Shown piece by piece: positions 20,101-26,717 of a stretch of 54,117 bases of DNA; within the stretch, counting starts at the first letter, position 1; each line of letters opens with the position of its first letter. The stretch is from sequence record SRR31156797_3317, one strand, 5' to 3'. Under the pieces are notes generated by a model. That model worked only from the letters and a program-made list of their open reading frames with translations, searched no databases and was not told where the DNA came from. A program made the translations under genes and the position numbers.

Positions 20101-21876
20101 GGTAAATCAGAATATGTAGGTAGTTTGGGTGCACCTTTTGCCATTACAGTAGTGGGTGGACTATTGGTGAGTACCTTGTTAACCTTGGTATTTATCCCCA
20201 CTTTTAGTTTTGGACTGGAAAATGCTTTAAAATGGATTAAATCCTTAAACTGGATTTTAAAATCTAGTATTTATACAGCATGGACAATAGGAACCTTGTG
20301 TGTTTACTATGTATTTAACCACAGTTTTATGTGGCAGTTATTGGAGTATTTTATTGTGCTGGTAGGTGTGCCTGCCGTGGTATATTTTGTCAGAACCAGT
20401 TTACGTCAGGCGCAAACCAAATTAATTAAAGATGATGAGCCAATTACTATCAGACTACAGAACGTAGTGAAAATATACGACCGTGATAGTCGCTTTTTAA
20501 GAGAGTGGAAAACGGCCATGCGATATGGTTTTGGAGAGCGAAAAAGCAAAGGAGTAAAGCATTATCAGGAAGGCTTGGTTTGGCAAATTCCAATGATGGG
20601 CTTTTTATTATGGATGACCTGGAGTTATCTGGAAAGCTCATTATGGAACTTTATATTTATGTTGAGCTCCTATTTTATCTTTCTTTCTTATTTGTCATAT
20701 CTGAGCTCGTGGCCGGATAAAAAAGGAAGGAGCCAACGTTGGTTTGGAGACAAAAGCTGGCTGTTCAAAACCATTTTATTTGGCTATCCTTTAATCACCT
20801 TGTTGACCTATGCCTTTAAGTTCGAAGCAAAGGCTTCAGCTATAGTATGGGGCGTTTTATGGTACAGTTGTATTTATATTTATGTGACAGGTAAAAAGCT
20901 CTTGACTCAAAATATTAATGTAGAAAGGTTAAAAGGACGTTTTGCCGGAATGCGTCGTACCTGGTATATTATCGTTCGTTCTATTCCTGTTATTGGAAAA
21001 CAAAAACAACCTTTTAAAGCTGTTAAAGGAGTTTCCTTAACCATGAAAAGCGGTATGATTGGTTTGCTTGGCCCAAATGGTGCAGGTAAAACCACAATTA
21101 TGCGAATTATTTGTGGTATCCTGGATCAGAGCTACGGAAAAGTATTTGTAAATGGGCTTGATTCGTTAAAATACAGAGAAGAACTACAGGGATTGATCGG
21201 TTATTTGCCACAGGAATTTGGTTCTTATGAAAACATGACATCCTATGAATTTTTGGATTATATGGCCTTGTTAAAAGGTTTGCGTCATCGCGAAGAACGC
21301 CATAGTCGGGTAGAATATGTATTAAAAGCGGTGCATATGTGGGAGCGAAAAGACAATGCCATTGGTTCTTTTTCAGGAGGAATGAAACAGCGTATAGGTA
21401 TTGCACAAATTATGCTGCATTTACCGCGTATTTTGGTGGTGGATGAGCCTACTGCAGGATTGGATCCACGAGAAAGAATTCGTTTTCGTAACTTACTGGT
21501 TGAATTAAGCCGCGATAGAATTGTAATTTTCTCTACACATATTATTGAGGATATTTCCAGCTCATGTAACCAGGTAGCTGTTATGAAAAAAGGTGACCTG
21601 AAATATTGGGGTAAACCAGCAGAGTTATCTGCCATCACACAAGGTAAAGTATGGACGTTTGAAGTACCTGCTTCGGAATTTGAAAGCGTTAATAAACAAT
21701 ACCAGGTGGTGCATCATATTGGAAATGGAACTAATATTAAAGTAAGGGTGTTAGCCAATGAAAAGCCTGTTGAAGAAGCAGAACAAGTACATTCCAGTCT
21801 GGAAGATTCCTACTTATGGTTATTGCGTTCGGAAGATATCAATATGAAAGTAAAGGTAAATGCGGAGGTGATGTAA
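17128..21876 (+). CDS. RND permease (subunit 2) fused to extra TM helices and a C-terminal ABC ATPase
   Basis: First ~1030 aa are RND ([22 protein letters not shown]). C-terminus has [23 protein letters not shown] and STH in one uninterrupted 1582-aa ORF. Confidence 0.92.
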   Translation: [1582 protein letters not shown]

Positions 21877-21997
21877 GGCATCTTTTTTATTAAAGAAATT
21901 TTCCAGAAAGTGATTTGATGTCATTCTATCAAAATAATAGATTAAAACTATATTGAGGATTTAAAACTCATTACAAAACTAAAGAACCCATATAATT

Positions 21998-22351
21998 ATG
22001 CTAAAATATAATTTTGCACGTGTATTTAGAGCCAGAGGAATAGAGCGTCCATTTTCATTTCTAAAAAAAGCTGGTTTCTCCGATAACTTTGCCACAAAAA
22101 TTAAAAAGAACCAGGTAAAAAGGCTGGAGCTAAAAGAATTAGAAAAGTTATGTATGCTTCTTAAATGTACACCCAACGATGTGTTGGAATGGGTTCCTGA
22201 TACACATACAGAGATAGAGGAAACGCACCCTTTAAGCCAAATGAAGAAACCAGAAAATGATGTGGATTTTGTAAAAACACTCAACGAAATTCCTTTGGGT
22301 AAACTAGAGGAGTTAGAACGTATTTTAAAAGAACATTTAGGTAAAAAGTAA
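21998..22351 (+). CDS. XRE/Cro-C1-type helix-turn-helix protein
   Basis: RVFRARGIERPFSFLKKAGFS...LEKLCMLLKCTPNDVLEW pattern (HTH_26-like). Confidence 0.8.
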   Translation: MLKYNFARVFRARGIERPFSFLKKAGFSDNFATKIKKNQVKRLELKELEKLCMLLKCTPNDVLEWVPDTHTEIEETHPLSQMKKPENDVDFVKTLNEIPLGKLEELERILKEHLGKK

Positions 22352-22352
22352 C

Positions 22353-23045
22353 ATGAAGAATATTCTCCAGATCATTAAATACAATCTAAAAATTATATTT
22401 GGAAACCGCTTTGTTTATTTCTTAGGGGCTTCTATTATTTTTTATTTGCTGATTACTTCTATTGCCCTGTTTTCTGATGATTCGATTGGTGTAGATGATG
22501 TGTATTATCAACTTATTTTTCCGGGTATTTTATTAATGTTTTTTCCCACCAGTTTTGGAATCCAAAATGATGAAGACGCCCGAATTCTGGAAATTTTGTT
22601 TGGAATTCCTAATTATAGATACAAAGTATGGTTAGTGCGCTTATCTATTATTTTTTTAATGGTATTTGTTATTATAACCATTTTGGCTTTTCTTAATAAT
22701 TTTGTATTGGTGGAATTACCGGTATTTGAAATGGGAGCTCAATTAATTGTGGTGCTGGTTTTATTTGGAACACTTGGGTTTTTATTCAGTACCATGGTCA
22801 AAAATGGTAGTGGTACAGCCGTAATTATGGTGGTAGTTGGACTTGCCCTATGGTTTCTACATGGTTTTAACGGAGAGTCTAAATGGAATGTATTCTTAAA
22901 TCCTTTTGCAGCACCTAATAATATGAGTGAATCATTATACCAAGCTGCTTTATTTCAAAACCGATTAATCATTTTAACAGTTGCCGTAGCTGCTATTTTA
23001 TGGGGCTTGTTTAATTTACAGCGAAGAGAGAAGTTTATTAAGTAG
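22353..23045 (+). CDS. ABC-2-type permease (about 6 TM)
   Basis: IIKYNLKIIF start; DEDARILEILF coupling-helix-like segment; FLNPF; hydrophobic profile. Confidence 0.7.
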   Translation: MKNILQIIKYNLKIIFGNRFVYFLGASIIFYLLITSIALFSDDSIGVDDVYYQLIFPGILLMFFPTSFGIQNDEDARILEILFGIPNYRYKVWLVRLSIIFLMVFVIITILAFLNNFVLVELPVFEMGAQLIVVLVLFGTLGFLFSTMVKNGSGTAVIMVVVGLALWFLHGFNGESKWNVFLNPFAAPNNMSESLYQAALFQNRLIILTVAVAAILWGLFNLQRREKFIK

Positions 23046-23201
23046 GAGAGGGTGATACAAGTATCAGTAATCATATAAGAATTCACTGTTATTTATTGGA
23101 AATCACTTGTTGTGGTTTATCATTATAGAACTTGCTTTTGGAGGTTAAAACCACAGATTACATATTATATCCAAGAATTCATTTGTTGTCAATATAGACA
23201 C

Positions 23202-23234
23202 AAAAAACGGCTACCTGAAAAGGGTAGCCGTTTT
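23202..23234. terminator. Bidirectional intrinsic terminator between convergent genes
   Basis: AAAACGGCTACC-tgaaaag-GGTAGCCGTTTT perfect 12-bp stem. Confidence 0.88.
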
Positions 23235-23258
23235 GGTAATATCTTATTAATTGTTGTA

Positions 23259-23765
23259 TTAATTAGCAGCCATCTGCGCTAATTTGCTACTTACACTAAT
23301 TTTCTTTCCTTGTGCCACATCCTGGTTTAACTGAAATGTCAACTTACTATTTTGAACCTTAAAGTTAATAGCAGCAAACCCTGGCATAAAATGTTGTTCT
23401 TCTGTAATAGGTAGCACAGAAATATGTGATAATTCACCAAGAATTTTTTTGGCTTTACCAGATTTACCTGTTGGAACAAATAATACCTGACAATCCTTTA
23501 CTTGATCTGTAGATTCTACTTCGATAACTTCAATTTTTGCGTATCCAATACTTCTTCCATTTACAGAAGCATTCAGCTCTTTAAAAATTTCCTGATTTTT
23601 ACCTAACACTCCAATTTTGAATGTTTTCATTGACTCCTGCTCCGGCCATTTAATGTAGCGCATAAAATTGGCTATAAATGAAGCTTCAACCTTTTGAATT
23701 TTAACCTGAGCGCCTGCCACTCCAACCATTACGGTTAATACAATTAATACTAAAACTTTTTTCAT
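23259..23765 (-). CDS. YfiR/HmsC-family (DUF4154) periplasmic protein
   Basis: Signal peptide MKKVLVLIV (start re-called to 23765); ASFIANFMRYIKWP, CQVLFV, INFKVQNSKLTFQLN and ISVSSKLAQMA. Confidence 0.85.
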   Translation of the reverse strand: MKKVLVLIVLTVMVGVAGAQVKIQKVEASFIANFMRYIKWPEQESMKTFKIGVLGKNQEIFKELNASVNGRSIGYAKIEVIEVESTDQVKDCQVLFVPTGKSGKAKKILGELSHISVLPITEEQHFMPGFAAINFKVQNSKLTFQLNQDVAQGKKISVSSKLAQMAAN

Positions 23766-23944
23766 CCTTCTACTAACAAACAATCTGATAATTAATTATT
23801 TTCCAATATCAAGTTCTTTAACGTGTTGCCAGTAGCTAAGTTTCTGATTTTATTTTTTTTAACCTTTTTAGGCAATAGTTTACTTTTATAGCTTATAGGG
23901 GCTTAATGTGCATTAAATTAGTGTGTTATGTGTTTTATAAACAA

Positions 23945-23995
23945 ATAATAGCTTAGTTTTATATGAATAAAATCATATAAAAACTAAGCTATTAT
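23945..23995. repeat. Long AT-rich inverted repeat (22/23-bp arms, one bulge)
   Basis: ATAATAGCTTAGTTTTATATGA-ataaaa-TCATATAAAAACTAAGCTATTAT. Confidence 0.8.
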
Positions 23996-24069
23996 CTAGT
24001 ATTATACACTTTTTTTTAACACTTTTTGTCAATAATACAGGGCTTAATTACTCTGTATAAAAGACTTAA

Positions 24070-24432
24070 TTAACCTGCCAACTTTAAAACTTTAATTACA
24101 TCTTTAAATTCACTTAACAATACAGGCTTGTGCAAATAAGCAGTTGCTCCGTACAATAAACAAGACTCAATAGTGTTTTGATCTGCATCACCAGATACAA
24201 CTACTACAGGTATACCCATCCACTCCTCTTCTAAATCTTTCAGAACTTCAAAGCCATCTTTTACAGGCATATGAAGGTCTAATAAAACTAAGTCCGGCCT
24301 TTCTTTAACTATTGTTTTCCACCCCTCTAGTCCATTGTCTGCTTCAAGAATATCCAGATTGTAGTTTTTCAACATTCCTTTCAACATTTTACGACTGTCA
24401 ATCGCATCATCTACAATTAATACCTTTTTCAT
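24070..24432 (-). CDS. Single-domain response regulator (CheY-like receiver)
   Basis: KVLIVDD, PDLVLLDLHMPVKDG, IPVVVVSG and YLHKP; start re-called to ATG 24432. Confidence 0.92.
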   Translation of the reverse strand: MKKVLIVDDAIDSRKMLKGMLKNYNLDILEADNGLEGWKTIVKERPDLVLLDLHMPVKDGFEVLKDLEEEWMGIPVVVVSGDADQNTIESCLLYGATAYLHKPVLLSEFKDVIKVLKLAG

Positions 24433-24848
24433 GGATATTTGTTTTAGGTTATACACTTAATAATTATAACGAAAAAACCACTTTAAAAGATTTCAGTTGT
24501 TGACTAATTAGTGTTTTAAGGTTGGAAAATGACATTATTAAGAGATAAACATATACTTGATATTACTTCCACACCTAGTATGAGTATAGTATCTATCATC
24601 TATATAATAATCATGATTTTAGTGATCTTACGCTTCGGTTATAAATAATTTTGTATTGAAAATAATATTGTCTATTTTAAAGGTGTAATCATTTTTAATC
24701 AAACTATTTATACCTATGAAAGACACCTTAAACATTGCGTTTTCTTGTTCACATACCTTTTTAGTGCCAGACGATAAAGTCTCAGGTACAAACAACACCA
24801 GAACGTTTTATAAAGATGCTATTCTACAACAAACAAATAGCTATGCTA

Positions 24849-25061
24849 TTGTAATAGCGGAGGATTTACAAGTTAAAGCGGAGGTTAAAAAAACTCTAGC
24901 GGGCAATTTTCAAATACCAGCGGGCAATAATTATACGCTAGCGGAGTGTTTATACCTGTGTAAATCATCCGCTATTGCAAAAAAAACATCCGCAGGAAAA
25001 ATAAATTGCCCGCATGAAAGAGCTGAACATCCGCTAGAGAATAGAAATAGGCCGCTAGGAT
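24849..25061. repeat. Bipartite 21-bp-periodic array: 5 forward AGCGG units followed by 5 inverted CCGC(T/A) units
   Basis: AGCGG at 24856, 24877, 24898, 24919 and 24940; CCGCW at 24969, 24990, 25010, 25031 and 25052; symmetric about ~24956. Confidence 0.9.
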
Positions 25062-25188
25062 GTTGGCTATCTTAAAATAATTATGAAAAATGCTTCCTGC
25101 GTGTATTATATATTCAATACACAAATAATAAGGTAGGTCTTTTGCCTATCGTCTATCCATTTTTTTTAAACTTTTAAAATCTCAAATT

Positions 25189-25884
25189 ATGTCGAAAAAT
25201 GGCAGAAATTTTAGAGTTAGTGATTCTAATTTAATTAGTCATGCCGAGGTTGTGGCTATTAGTTTACCCACAGACATTGGCCAGATGAATGGTTTTGATA
25301 GTACTATTGATGAAAGCTATCCTCAAACCATAACTCATGCAATTAGTGAGGTAAAGGCAATTAAAACTGATCAGGTGATTATAGACGAAATGACAGAGTT
25401 AACACAGACGGTTAACGATGCCTTGGATGACTGTAATACTTGTTACAAAACCATTGCATTTTTTGTGCGCAAGGCTTTTGCTGATAACGTGGCTGTGCAA
25501 AATCAGATGGGATTAAACGATATTGCTAAGGTTCGTAATAATGTTCCTAAAATGGTCATGTTTATGAACGATGTGTGTAAGGTGGTTGAAACTTACCGCG
25601 ATCAACTGATTACAGCAGGTTGTAACCCTGCAGTTTTAGACAGTATTGAACAAAAAGGGGAGGCTTTAAAGGAAAGTGATACGGCACAAGAGCTATTTAA
25701 AAAAGAGCGTGGTGTGATTACACAAACCCGCGTTGAAAAACTGAACGAATTATATGATTTATTAAAACCAATAAGTCAGATTGCAGATATTATTTATGCC
25801 GATGACCCGGCTAAAATGGCGGTGTATACGCTGCCCAAACCAAAGTCTTCTACCAATAGCGATACCGATTTAATTGTATCGTAA
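25189..25884 (+). CDS. Hypothetical all-alpha protein (231 aa), no recognised catalytic motif
   Basis: Clean ORF with an AT-rich leader; amphipathic helical pattern; no signal peptide or TM. Confidence 0.85.
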   Translation: MSKNGRNFRVSDSNLISHAEVVAISLPTDIGQMNGFDSTIDESYPQTITHAISEVKAIKTDQVIIDEMTELTQTVNDALDDCNTCYKTIAFFVRKAFADNVAVQNQMGLNDIAKVRNNVPKMVMFMNDVCKVVETYRDQLITAGCNPAVLDSIEQKGEALKESDTAQELFKKERGVITQTRVEKLNELYDLLKPISQIADIIYADDPAKMAVYTLPKPKSSTNSDTDLIVS

Positions 25885-26163
25885 TTACCCCTTTGAATAA
25901 AGAGAATGTTCAGATTCCAGATATTTTTGTTTAGCTCGCTGATTATTGAAATGTAATTGTATTTTCTTGCGATCTCTACGAGAAAACTATTTGATGGGCA
26001 TTCTCTTTGTTATAATTAACTATAACATAAAAAGCATTTATTATTCATGGAAGTAGCATAAAGGCTACAGACTCATAAGAAGAAGGAGGTATGGAGTGAA
26101 TAAAGTTACAGTTACTATATGCATAAGAATTATATTACATTTGCATTGATAAAAGTACATTTT

Positions 26164-26523
26164 ATGAGAGAAGAGGAGGCTAATAAAAACAATCTTCATT
26201 TATGTGAAAAATGCCTGAATAAGAGTCTTGATATTCATAAAGGGTTAATTTGTAGATTACATAGTCAAAAGCCTAATTTCAAAGGTAGTTGTATAGAATT
26301 TGTTCAAAAGAATACCTCCCATAAGAAAGTTGCTTCAAGAATAAAGAGAGGTGAAAATGAAAGTCTTTATACTAGATTAGATAATCTTGAAAGTAGTAAA
26401 ATAAAATATAAAATGGATTCTCAACCAGCAGAGGAATTTTCAATGTGGGATGATATAAATCAAATATCTTATATTATTTTGATCATTTTGTTAGGCATAG
26501 TTGGAATACTATTTTTTTTCTGA
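26164..26523 (+). CDS. Hypothetical membrane-anchored protein with an N-terminal four-Cys motif
   Basis: CEKC...GLICRL...PNFKGSC, then a C-terminal TM helix. Start re-called to 26164 because a -7 box TACATTTG lies at 26136-26143. Confidence 0.7.
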   Translation: MREEEANKNNLHLCEKCLNKSLDIHKGLICRLHSQKPNFKGSCIEFVQKNTSHKKVASRIKRGENESLYTRLDNLESSKIKYKMDSQPAEEFSMWDDINQISYIILIILLGIVGILFFF

Positions 26524-26717
26524 TCTACTCTCTAAATTTCATACAATCAGCCTGTCTCGGACTAATACCTTTTAGTTGATTATTGGCATAAAGGATAAAT
26601 CAACTTTTAAAGTTGATATTGATGGCGGTAAAAGCAATACCAAGCGTTTTTAATATTGGCACAATGTTGAAATGGGAAGAGAGCCTTTAAAAAATTATAT
26701 TTACATCTTAAAAACAC

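Noticed and set aside
13643-22284. Numerous short antisense or alternate-frame ORFs inside the RND genes (likewise 954-1196, 4902-5093, 40421-40615, 44784-45489 and others)
   Set aside because: They are shadow ORFs of long, well-supported genes and have no motifs of their own.
24849-25061. CRISPR array interpretation
   Set aside because: The conserved core is only ~5 bp, the period is 21 bp, orientation flips midway, and there are no cas genes in the window.
24716-25075. 119-aa ORF spanning the periodic array
   Set aside because: Its 7-aa periodicity simply mirrors the DNA repeat. The single 20-bp step shifts the cores to another codon position (SA, SA, then HP, RP), so the constraint is at nucleotide level. 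Not called as a CDS, though translation is not excluded.
25148-25155. ATCGTCTA as a third ECF promoter
   Set aside because: The matching G-rich -35 element is absent at the required distance.
26017-26114. attC-like site (TAACTATAAC ... GTTACAGTTA)
   Set aside because: It is a 9/10 inverted repeat but does not fit RYYYAAC/GTTRRRY, has no clear inner L-box pairing, and no integrase is present.
26656-26672. Sigma-54-like TTGGCAC motif before the pentapeptide gene
   Set aside because: There is no TTGC at the required -12 spacing.
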